DNA of 64,000 nt from Nitrospirales bacterium (GTDB lineage Bacteria > Nitrospirota > Nitrospiria > Nitrospirales > UBA8639), in contig CBDCWC010000002.1 of the NCBI GenBank assembly GCA_965223295.1, positions 1,152,001-1,216,000 of the forward strand, in the 5' to 3' direction. How positions within the stretch are numbered: the first letter of the stretch is position 1; each line of letters opens with the position of its first letter. Both the position numbers and the translations under genes were made by a program. Below are positions 50,767-59,384 of the stretch, piece by piece. Below the pieces are notes generated by a model that was not told where the DNA came from, did no database searches, and worked only from the letters and a program-made list of their open reading frames with translations.

Positions 50767-52867
50767 GTGGCAACCTCACAACTTCAATGGCTTGAATTTT
50801 TGTTTTTGGATCTAACTCATTTGGCGACAACACGGCCAAGGCATGAATCCCTGGCGACACGAGTCGATACAACTGAGATCTGATCGACTGGGAACATAAA
50901 ACAATTGGTTGATATCCCTGACTGACGACTCGCTCAATGGCCTGCCGCACAGCCACAATGACTTCATTGAAAAGATTAGGTGATAATCCCGGTTGTTCCA
51001 CACCACTGGGCTTAATCGCTTCAGTTAACCGGCGGTCTAACATCGGGTCTAAACTCACAACGTGCACATACCCATCGGCATTGGCATATTGGGTGGAGAT
51101 CGTTCTAGATAAATTTTGCCGGGCATATTCCGTCAGGGTGTCAGGATCTTTACTCACAGTGGTGTAATCCGCGACAGTCTCCAAAATCGTGCGTAAATCC
51201 CGTATGGAAACTCGTTCACGTAGAAGATTTCTTAAGATTCTCACCACAACTCCTAACGTTAATTGGGTGGGGATAAGCTCATCCACCACCTTGGGATACG
51301 TCTTAGCCAAGTTATCCAGCAAATTCTGGGCCTCTTGGCGACCCAGCAATTCATGCCCATTAGTTTTAATGAGTTCCGTTAAATGTGTTGCGATAATGGC
51401 CGGACCATCCACGACTGTATAGCCCTCCATTTGCGCCCGTTCTTTCTCAGTGGGTGCGATCCACACGGCCGGCAACCCAAAACAGGGATCCTGTCCAGGC
51501 TTGCCTTCTAATCCCTTTCTGGCATGTCCAGGATTGATAGCCAATAAATGCCTCGGAACCAATTCGCCTTTGGCTATTTGAATACCTTTGAGCAAAATAC
51601 TGTATTCATGAGGTTTCAGCTGGAGGTTATCTCGAATATGCACCGAAGGCACCACGAAGCCCATATCTAAAGCCGTCTGCTTGCGAATGGCTCGAATACG
51701 CTCTAAGAGCTCACCGCCTTGCGCATGGTCGACAAACGGCACCAGACCGTACCCTACATGGAGTTCTAACAAATCAGGAGGCGCAACCGTATCCACAGAT
51801 TCCGTGGCAGGGGCTTCGGATTTCTCAGGATGGGCAATTGCCCCTTTTTGAGGACTCGCCGCTTCCTCCAGCACAGTCTGCTTACGATTCCAAAGCACGT
51901 ATGCGACACCAGCTGTCATGGCTCCAAGCAGCAAAAAGGCCAGATGAGGCAAGCCCGGCAATAACCCCAGAAAAACTAACATGGCTGCAACAGCGGCAAC
52001 CAAATGGGGATTGAAAAAAATTTGCTCGGTTAAGTCCCGACCGAGACTCGTCGTCGTGGAAACCCTAGTGATAATGATACCGGCTGCAGTGGACATAATG
52101 AGCGCCGGAATTTGCGCTACAATAGCATCCCCGACCGTTAAGAGCGTAAACCGTTTAGCCGCCGCCACAACCGACATGTTATGCTCCATGACTCCGATCG
52201 TTAAGCCTCCTAGCACATTGATAAAGATTATCAACAGCGCAGCTACAGCATCGCCTCGAACGAATTTACTCGCACCATCCATCGAACCATAAAAATCAGC
52301 TTCTTGCGAGATCATTTCCCGTCGCTTCCGGGCTTCCGCTTCGTCAATAATTCCTGCATTGAGATCCGCATCAATACTCATTTGCCGGCCCGGCATCGCG
52401 TCTAACGTAAATCGCGCGGCGACTTCGGCGATACGCGTCGCACCCTTGGTAATCACCACAAAATTAATAATGACCAAGATAGAAAACACCACGATACCAA
52501 CGGCAAAATTTCCGCCTACAACAAATTCACCAAAGACACGAATCACTTCTCCTGCTGCCGCCGGCCCTTCATTGCCATGCAACAAAATGGCTCTGGTCGA
52601 GGCAATATTCAACGCTAACCGGTATAGGGTCGTGAGTAGAACTATTGAAGGGAACACCGAAAACTCTGCAGGACGCCCTGAATGCATCGTGACGAGCAAA
52701 ATTAACATTGCCAAGGTGATGCTAAACGACAAAAACAAATCCAGCATGAAGGAGGGGAGCGGCAGGAGCATCAGCAGCAGAAGACCGACGACACCGACTG
52801 GCAGCAGCACATCTCCATAGTGTGCTGGCATCATTTCATTTTTGAATCGTTCGCTATCAAACGCCAT
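50747..52867 (-). CDS. flhA: Flagellar export gate FlhA
   Basis: RIAEVAARFTLDAMPG.QMSIDADL, FYGSMDGASKFVRGDA. Confidence 0.97.
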   Translation of the reverse strand: MAFDSERFKNEMMPAHYGDVLLPVGVVGLLLLMLLPLPSFMLDLFLSFSITLAMLILLVTMHSGRPAEFSVFPSIVLLTTLYRLALNIASTRAILLHGNEGPAAAGEVIRVFGEFVVGGNFAVGIVVFSILVIINFVVITKGATRIAEVAARFTLDAMPGRQMSIDADLNAGIIDEAEARKRREMISQEADFYGSMDGASKFVRGDAVAALLIIFINVLGGLTIGVMEHNMSVVAAAKRFTLLTVGDAIVAQIPALIMSTAAGIIITRVSTTTSLGRDLTEQIFFNPHLVAAVAAMLVFLGLLPGLPHLAFLLLGAMTAGVAYVLWNRKQTVLEEAASPQKGAIAHPEKSEAPATESVDTVAPPDLLELHVGYGLVPFVDHAQGGELLERIRAIRKQTALDMGFVVPSVHIRDNLQLKPHEYSILLKGIQIAKGELVPRHLLAINPGHARKGLEGKPGQDPCFGLPAVWIAPTEKERAQMEGYTVVDGPAIIATHLTELIKTNGHELLGRQEAQNLLDNLAKTYPKVVDELIPTQLTLGVVVRILRNLLRERVSIRDLRTILETVADYTTVSKDPDTLTEYARQNLSRTISTQYANADGYVHVVSLDPMLDRRLTEAIKPSGVEQPGLSPNLFNEVIVAVRQAIERVVSQGYQPIVLCSQSIRSQLYRLVSPGIHALAVLSPNELDPKTKIQAIEVVRLPHEIKTV

Positions 52868-52875
52868 AAGTATCT

Positions 52876-53955
52876 CTAGCTAGCCTGTTCTTGTGGATTT
52901 CGTAGACGATAAACATAGGCCAACACCTCCGCCGCCGCTTGATAGAGCGCCGCAGGAATTTCTTGTCCTACCTTCGTGGCTTTAAATAAACCACGAGCCA
53001 GACTCCGATTTTCTAGTATCGGCACGCTCGAATGACGGGCAATTTGCTTGATCTTCTCGGCCATAAATCCAGCACCTTTGGCCACAACCACAGGCGCATC
53101 CATACTCGCCGTGTCATAGCGAAGAGCGACTGCCACGTGCGTCGGATTGGTAATCACAACATCGGCTTGTGGAACAGCTTGCAACATGCGCTGGCGCGAC
53201 CGTTCCCGCTGCAAGCTCAATCGACGAGAGCGAATTTGCGGATCCCCTTCGACATCTTTCGATTCATCTTTCACTTCCTGCTTCGTCATTTTTAAATCTT
53301 CGGTGTGCTGCCACTTTTGGTAAATGAAATCGATAATGGCTAATATGAGTAACGCTCCGCCGACAGACCATACAATATTTTGTACCAAACCCCAGGTCTG
53401 GGAAATCGACCCGGATATTCCCAAAATGGGAAACTGGACAAGGTATTGGAGACCTTGGGACAGCACAAAGTAGATAATCCCGGCCACCATACTGATCTTG
53501 AGAATGGACTTGAGAAGTTCAGCGATGCCTTTCCAAGAAAACAGCCGTTTCACACCATTCATGGGATTTAATTTCGATGGTTTGGGCTTAATGCCTTCTT
53601 CAACCCATAAAAACCCTGTTTGCATAAGAATCGCCCCTAATGCCAAGACAGCGACAATCAAGACAAAAGGAATAAGAGGCACAAAGGCTTGATTGGTAAT
53701 GTTGGTGAAGAGGATATGGATCGTCCGCTGATCAATCTGTAGCGTCCCTGCCTGCTCAAACCAGTAACGATAATGCCCGGAGAATTCTCGCAGAAATTGA
53801 GGAGCCCAGAGAGAAATGGCGCCAACGCCGCCGAGCAACACAAACAAGGGTGGCAGCTCGCGCGTCATGGGCACTTGCCCTTTTCGGCGCGCCTCGGCTA
53901 ACTTTTTGCTAGTAGGTTGTTCAGATTTTTCTCCCCCGTCTTTGTTCTCAGCCAT
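52876..53955 (-). CDS. flhB: FlhB
   Basis: NPTH autocleavage motif; MTKQEVKDE. Confidence 0.97.
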   Translation of the reverse strand: MAENKDGGEKSEQPTSKKLAEARRKGQVPMTRELPPLFVLLGGVGAISLWAPQFLREFSGHYRYWFEQAGTLQIDQRTIHILFTNITNQAFVPLIPFVLIVAVLALGAILMQTGFLWVEEGIKPKPSKLNPMNGVKRLFSWKGIAELLKSILKISMVAGIIYFVLSQGLQYLVQFPILGISGSISQTWGLVQNIVWSVGGALLILAIIDFIYQKWQHTEDLKMTKQEVKDESKDVEGDPQIRSRRLSLQRERSRQRMLQAVPQADVVITNPTHVAVALRYDTASMDAPVVVAKGAGFMAEKIKQIARHSSVPILENRSLARGLFKATKVGQEIPAALYQAAAEVLAYVYRLRNPQEQAS

Positions 53956-54733
53956 CGCCTAATCCCTGCAAAAGTTCCCAGAGAATAGTTTCCATTTCCA
54001 GCACGGATTGTTGAAACACCAACGCAATGAACGGCAATCCAAGCCCCAAGACGATAAGACCCACCGAAATAGTGATGGGGAAACTGGTCAGTAAAATATT
54101 CATTTGTGGTACAAGGCGTCCCAGAAGCCCCATGGTAATATGCACAAGGAACGTGGCCGCCATCACCGGTAACGCCAGCCGCATCCCAATGTCATAAGTC
54201 CGTTGCATTAATCCAGTGACATCAGGGAGAAGTGGCGCACTCAAATGAGCACCAAACGGAGGAATGAGCTGGAAGCTACTCCCTAACGCTAAGAGCACCA
54301 ATAAGTGTCCGTCCACTTGAAAATATAAAAGAGTGGCCAGCACCGTCATCAGTTGACCAAAGACCGGTGTTTGGACCTGCGTGACCGGATCCAGAACATT
54401 GGCCATCGCAAATCCCACTTGAAATCCGAGAACATTTCCTGCCAGCTCGACCGCCGCCATGACCAACCGCATCGCCAACCCCAGTATCAATCCAACGAGT
54501 AATTCGGCCCCTACGGCCATCACCAAATATCCTGGCTCCAGCCAATTGGGATGAAGGGAAAATGTGACGACCGGGGTGAGAATCACGGAGACCGCTACGG
54601 CTAACCCAACTTTGATGCGCTGCGGGACTGTTCGACCTCCCAACAAAGGCAAGGCGGCCAAAATAGCCCCGGTTCGCACCAAGACCACAAGAAATTGCCA
54701 CACCTGTTGCATTGCGATATCCCATTGCAACAC
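53948..54733 (-). CDS. fliR: FliR
   Basis: Multi-TM protein; G.Q.GF..A...DP; PQMNI; position between fliQ and flhB. Confidence 0.93.
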   Translation of the reverse strand: MLQWDIAMQQVWQFLVVLVRTGAILAALPLLGGRTVPQRIKVGLAVAVSVILTPVVTFSLHPNWLEPGYLVMAVGAELLVGLILGLAMRLVMAAVELAGNVLGFQVGFAMANVLDPVTQVQTPVFGQLMTVLATLLYFQVDGHLLVLLALGSSFQLIPPFGAHLSAPLLPDVTGLMQRTYDIGMRLALPVMAATFLVHITMGLLGRLVPQMNILLTSFPITISVGLIVLGLGLPFIALVFQQSVLEMETILWELLQGLGDG

Positions 54734-54762
54734 CGGTTACATCATTTCGTTCAACGAAAAAT

Positions 54763-54852
54763 CGTCAGGAGCAAGGGACAAGAGACGAGAAGAGATGTAC
54801 CATCTGCTATTCTTTTTACTTTTCACTTTTCACTCCTCGCTTCTTACTGTCT
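54763..54852. repeat. Heptamer inverted-repeat element (fliQ|fliR)
   Basis: CGTCAGG AGCAAGG GACAAGA GACGAGA ... TCTTTTT ACTTTTC ACTTTTC ACTCCTC GCTTCTT ACTGTCT. Confidence 0.82.
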
Positions 54853-55122
54853 TCACTGCGCCATCTGAGGAATTTGACCCCAAACACCGGTCATAAATCC
54901 CACAAGAATTTGTAGCATCCATGGGAACATGACTAACAACACAATGAACATGGTCATAATTTTTGGCAAAAAGGTCAGTGTCATTTCATTAATTTGAGTC
55001 ATGGCTTGAAATATACTGACCATCAAGCCTACGACTAAACTCAGCCCCAACATCGGCCCCGCCACGAATAAAATCGTTTTAATCGCTTCCTGTCCTACAG
55101 CCATCACACCTTCGGGAGTCAT
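54853..55122 (-). CDS. fliQ: FliQ
   Basis: SIFQAMTQINEMTLTFLPKI. Confidence 0.97.
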   Translation of the reverse strand: MTPEGVMAVGQEAIKTILFVAGPMLGLSLVVGLMVSIFQAMTQINEMTLTFLPKIMTMFIVLLVMFPWMLQILVGFMTGVWGQIPQMAQ

Positions 55123-55133
55123 GTCTTTATCCT

Positions 55134-55218
55134 TGTAAAAAGTGAAATGGGAGAAGTAAAAAAGTGACAGGTATTTGCTGTTCTTTCTTTACACTTTTTC
55201 CTTTTCCCTTCCACTCTC
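55134..55218. repeat. Heptamer inverted-repeat element (fliP|fliQ)
   Basis: TGTAAAA AGTGAAA TGGGAGA AGTAAAA followed by a pyrimidine arm. Confidence 0.65.
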
Positions 55219-55222
55219 GTTA

Positions 55223-56029
55223 TTATTGAAAACTGTTCATGAGTGAACCCACAACGAGAAACCACCCATCAGCCAGTACAAACAACACGAGCTTGAAGGG
55301 CAACGAAATCATGATTGGGGGGAGCATCATCATCCCCATAGACATCAAGGTACTTGCCACAATCATATCGATAACGAGAAAGGGTACATAAATTAAAAAC
55401 CCAATCTGAAAAGCAGTTCGCAATTCGCTCGTCACAAATGCAGGCACCAGCACATGAAACGGGACATCTTTCACGGTCTGAGGGTCGGGAATTTTTCCCA
55501 TACTCATAAACATGCCCAAGTCTTTTTCTCTCACTTGTTTCAACATAAACTCACGAATCGGCTCCATGGCCTTCTGCATCGCAACTTCTTGCGTCACCTG
55601 ATTTTCTAAAAATGGATTCAGCGCTTCTGTTCGGACCTGTTCCCACACCGGCATCATGATGAAGAGCGTTAAGAATAAGGCCAATCCAATCATGACTTGA
55701 TTGGGAGGCGCATGAATGGTCCCCAAGGCTTGCCGAAGAAGACCCAAAACAATCACGACTCGCGTAAAAGACGTCACCAGCATCAACAAAGCCGGTGCTA
55801 ACGTTAAAACTGTCAGCATGAACAGAATGCGTATGCCAAAAGTCCATGGTTCGGTCGCATCTAAACCAGATACTTGCAAACTAATCGTGGGATCCTTTGT
55901 TCCTTGGGCAAATACATCGGTCACTGGACTCATCAAATCATTCATCAAGAACACAAAACAGAAAGTCAGGCCCCCTGTTCTTTTGGATAACCAAGCCTGC
56001 CTGAACGCATTCAAATGTTTCATGAGCAT
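55223..56029 (-). CDS. fliP: FliP (start uncertain)
   Basis: TSFTR, PPNQV, PAFVTSEL.TAFQIGF, MGMMMLPP.MISLPFK. Confidence 0.96.
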   Translation of the reverse strand: MLMKHLNAFRQAWLSKRTGGLTFCFVFLMNDLMSPVTDVFAQGTKDPTISLQVSGLDATEPWTFGIRILFMLTVLTLAPALLMLVTSFTRVVIVLGLLRQALGTIHAPPNQVMIGLALFLTLFIMMPVWEQVRTEALNPFLENQVTQEVAMQKAMEPIREFMLKQVREKDLGMFMSMGKIPDPQTVKDVPFHVLVPAFVTSELRTAFQIGFLIYVPFLVIDMIVASTLMSMGMMMLPPIMISLPFKLVLFVLADGWFLVVGSLMNSFQ

Positions 56030-56427
56030 TTAGAGAGCCGAGTGGCAGAAGTGTGAGATAAAGACTCAGGCTCGCCCTTCCCTGAATTTTTCTGTGACCA
56101 TTGACCTATCCATTCTCCAATACGACCGACCACAGGATCAGCTTGCACTCGCACCTGCATAGCTCGTTCCTTATCAGCGATCTTAGTCAACAAGATCATG
56201 TCCCTAGCAGTTGTGCCTAAGACTAAAACCTCACCAGCCACATCAACCAACATGATTTGTTTTCCCGTTCCGATTCGAAGACCGCCTAACACACGCATAA
56301 GAGGTTCGCCGCTCTTCCCGGCATGTTCTCCAAACATTCGCCGTACCCAAGCTAATCCGCCCAGCAGGATCAGTACAACTAAAGCTAAAGCTCCAGCCAT
56401 TTTCAGTACTTCATGTGTAAAATCCAT
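56020..56427 (-). CDS. fliO: FliO
   Basis: N-terminal TM plus beta-rich LVDVAGEVLVLGTT; lies between fliN and fliP. Confidence 0.82.
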   Translation of the reverse strand: MDFTHEVLKMAGALALVVLILLGGLAWVRRMFGEHAGKSGEPLMRVLGGLRIGTGKQIMLVDVAGEVLVLGTTARDMILLTKIADKERAMQVRVQADPVVGRIGEWIGQWSQKNSGKGEPESLSHTSATRLSKCS

Positions 56428-56474
56428 TTTTTCCTTTAGAGATAGAGCGTGGACCAGCTTACGTCCTTAAGTCT

Positions 56475-56891
56475 TTATCCAAGTTTATTCACCCGTTCCG
56501 TTGCACTAATCACATCCGTCAGACGAATGCCAAATTTTTCGTTGACCATGACGACTTCTCCCCGTGCCACAAGACGCTCATTCACCAATACCTCTAACGG
56601 CTCACCGGCTAACTTATCGAGTTCCACAATAGACCCTGGACCAAGCTGCAATAAATCTTTAATCAACATTCTGGTATTACCCAATTGCGCCGATAACACC
56701 AGCGGGATATCTAATATTCGATCAAGGTTTGAATTTTGCGGAGCCGACAATTCCGGGACAGCTGGAGGCGGGGGGGGAGGTGGCGGAGACGATACCTCCT
56801 CACCTTTTCCAGCCGCTTCCTGAGCCAGAGCCTCCATCATTTCCTTCTCGGCATCAAATGTATCCATATCTACATTGTCATCATCACTCAT
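56475..56891 (-). CDS. fliN: FliN
   Basis: ILDIPL...LG, GSIVELDKLAGEP, GEVVMVNEKFGIR. Confidence 0.96.
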   Translation of the reverse strand: MSDDDNVDMDTFDAEKEMMEALAQEAAGKGEEVSSPPPPPPPPAVPELSAPQNSNLDRILDIPLVLSAQLGNTRMLIKDLLQLGPGSIVELDKLAGEPLEVLVNERLVARGEVVMVNEKFGIRLTDVISATERVNKLG

Positions 56892-56950
56892 GAGTCATCT
56901 CCATATTTTCAGAATATTCCCGTTCTCATTGACCATATTGAGACCCCGTC

Positions 56951-57934
56951 TTACTCCGGAACCTCCATGACTTGGTGAATTTGGAAGGATTGCATCCCCT
57001 TTGATGTTCCTGGAAACCCGAGAAATTTTGGTACACCCTCCACTGTCGCAGTTAATGGCTGTGAGGTCGTTTGATTTAAAGTAATGACATCACCTTCTGA
57101 AAAATTCATAAAATCTTCGACCGACAATTCGGCTTCTCCCAACTTGATCGAGATATTGACTGGGGCTTCCTTGAGTCTGCTAGAAAATCGCTTAATCCAC
57201 CCATGATCCAATTCATAAAAGTCACTTTGAAAGCTGACTTGCAACCGATCACGAATCGGTTCAAGCATGGCATAGGGAAGGCAGAGATGAAGATCTCCCA
57301 CCGAATTGCCGAGTTCAATGCCTAAGGTCACGACAATTACGACATCCGCTGGCAGTACGATCGAGGCCAACTGAGGGTTCATTTCTGCCCGCACAGCTTT
57401 GATGGCCACTTTCTGAACCGGCTCCCAGGCTTTCTGTAGATCCCTCAACCCCATGGCCATCACCTTGCGCATCACCCGCTGTTCAATCAGAGTAAAGTCT
57501 TGTCCTTCAGGTTTGACATGAGTTTGCCCCGCTCCACCAAAAAAGTGATCCACAAGAAGATAGACGGTTGCGGCATCAGTCGCGACCATGGCAGTCCCTC
57601 GCAAAGGCTCCATAGAAATAATTTGAAGATAGGCAGGAACGGGAAGACGTTTCGTGAATTCCCCGAACTTTTGGACGGTTTGGTTGGTGATTGTCACTTC
57701 AACCGTTTTTCGCAAGATGTCACTCAGGGCTAAACGAAAAAGCCGAGAAAACTGCTGGTGAATAACATCCAAGGTCGGCATGCGACCTCGGATCACCCAT
57801 TCCTGGTTTCCTAGATCGTAGGGAACGGGCCCGTCTTGAGGTTCTTCAGCCTCAGGCGCTTCAGTTTCAACATCCCCATCCGACACGCCACGAAGGAGGG
57901 CATCGACTTCATCTTGGCTAAGAATTTTTTCCAT
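56951..57934 (-). CDS. fliM: FliM
   Basis: N-terminal CheY-binding ILSQDEVDALL; FT.IE; SPOA C-terminus. Confidence 0.96.
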   Translation of the reverse strand: MEKILSQDEVDALLRGVSDGDVETEAPEAEEPQDGPVPYDLGNQEWVIRGRMPTLDVIHQQFSRLFRLALSDILRKTVEVTITNQTVQKFGEFTKRLPVPAYLQIISMEPLRGTAMVATDAATVYLLVDHFFGGAGQTHVKPEGQDFTLIEQRVMRKVMAMGLRDLQKAWEPVQKVAIKAVRAEMNPQLASIVLPADVVIVVTLGIELGNSVGDLHLCLPYAMLEPIRDRLQVSFQSDFYELDHGWIKRFSSRLKEAPVNISIKLGEAELSVEDFMNFSEGDVITLNQTTSQPLTATVEGVPKFLGFPGTSKGMQSFQIHQVMEVPE

Positions 57935-58013
57935 AAAATATATCGAATGGCAATCAAGTAAACGGTTCTATCCCTTTACACTCCTGCCTCATCACGACTC
58001 CTATTTCATGACT

Positions 58014-58511
58014 TCACTGGATAATAAAGTCCGTAAAGAACACATTGGAGATCTTACCCTTGCTCATCACTCCATTAACCCGCTTCATAATTTCTTCTCG
58101 AATTCTCCGCTTTCCATTCACAGTTCGTAATAGTTGCGACTCCTTGCTGCTTAACAAAACCAGCAAGGCATCTCGGATAGCTGGAACCTTATTTTGATAG
58201 TCAGTTTTTTCTTCCGGTCGATCTAATTCCAATTTTATGCTGACTTTGAGAAATCGAAGTTCATCTCGATCGGCCAAGTTCAACAAAAACGGATCAAGCT
58301 CCATTACTGGACCAGGTTCTTCAGCGTGCTCGTCATCATGTCCCGCTGAAGCATGCTTCTCCCCTTCTTCTTTCTTATCTCCGCCCATAAAATACCACGC
58401 GGCTCCCCCGCCACCACCAAGAAGCAGAACTCCAACAAGACCTAACACCATCATTTTCTTTCCTGAGCCCGCTTTTACTGGCGCTTCTTCTGCGGCAGAT
58501 TCGTCAGCCAT
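58014..58511 (-). CDS. fliL: FliL
   Basis: N-terminal TM; PFLLNLAD, PAIRD, VFFTDFIIQ. Confidence 0.94.
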   Translation of the reverse strand: MADESAAEEAPVKAGSGKKMMVLGLVGVLLLGGGGGAAWYFMGGDKKEEGEKHASAGHDDEHAEEPGPVMELDPFLLNLADRDELRFLKVSIKLELDRPEEKTDYQNKVPAIRDALLVLLSSKESQLLRTVNGKRRIREEIMKRVNGVMSKGKISNVFFTDFIIQ

Positions 58512-58566
58512 ACAATAACCTCACATGGAAAATTTTTATTGAGCCCAACACTCCTCTTACAAACTC

Positions 58567-58582
58567 AGCAACCTCTATGCCA
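58567..58582 (-). promoter_or_regulatory. Sigma54 promoter of the fliL...fliA operon
   Basis: Minus strand TGGCAT-AGAGG-TTGCT, correct -24/-12 spacing, 56 nt upstream of fliL. Confidence 0.75.
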
Positions 58583-58884
58583 CTGAAAGTTGTCTGTTCA
58601 CTGATGTGTTTCTGAACAACATTTTCCAGTAAAAATAGGGAGTTCGACTATCGCCTTCATGTATATTTCTCCTTTCGTTACAAAGGATTCGAAGTACGAT
58701 TTCGTCAGTTTCCTGGCGTTTCGCTGGAAGCTTTGACGCTCTGAGCTCGATGAGTCCAACTGTCTTGTATGGGAAAAATATTCCTAGCGCCCCCTCATAA
58801 TTTGATCAAAACGTCCGAAAAGCCCTCTATATTCAGAAAATTGTTAGACGGACATTTCACACAAAAAGAAGTCTTTCTAAGACC

Positions 58885-59370
58885 ATGGACGGTTCTTACG
58901 CAGTCACCGCTGCGATCATTGAACAGATATCCCCTGCCAGAACGGCACTGCATCAACTGCTCACGCACATGGGACTCCGTGACATCTTCACTTCTGATAA
59001 GATCGGCCCTTGCTCGTCGACCGATCTCCTCTTTCAATATTCTTTGATCTTTGTCGGATGGCAGATGTGGGATGACATCAAATCCTCATTCCTCCATTCT
59101 CTTTATCAAACACCATCGGAAGACAAACCCAAAATTCTTCTCTTCCTCTCAAGCAACGACCCGCTCGATGTCCTTGAAGCTCTTCAAATGGGCATAGATG
59201 GGTATATCACCTACCCTTTTTCGCTTCATAATGTCCGCCAGAAAATTCATACTGTTCTTCCTCACCATAGGCTTCCAGAGGATTATGTTCCTGACTCAAA
59301 TGCATGGGACCGTGCACCCCATAAAAAAACCCTCAGCCAGCAAACGCCAACTGAGGGTTTTTCATTGTAG
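58885..59370 (+). CDS. Degenerate receiver-like protein
   Basis: CheY-like pattern (ALQMGIDGYITYPF), but the acidic pocket, phospho-Asp and Lys are not conserved. Confidence 0.55.
   Translation: MDGSYAVTAAIIEQISPARTALHQLLTHMGLRDIFTSDKIGPCSSTDLLFQYSLIFVGWQMWDDIKSSFLHSLYQTPSEDKPKILLFLSSNDPLDVLEALQMGIDGYITYPFSLHNVRQKIHTVLPHHRLPEDYVPDSNAWDRAPHKKTLSQQTPTEGFSL
59323..59362. terminator. Bidirectional terminator-like hairpin after flgE
   Basis: AAAAACCCTCAG ... CTGAGGGTTTTT 12-bp inverted repeat with A/T tracts. Confidence 0.75.
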
Positions 59371-59384
59371 AATAAACTGACAAA

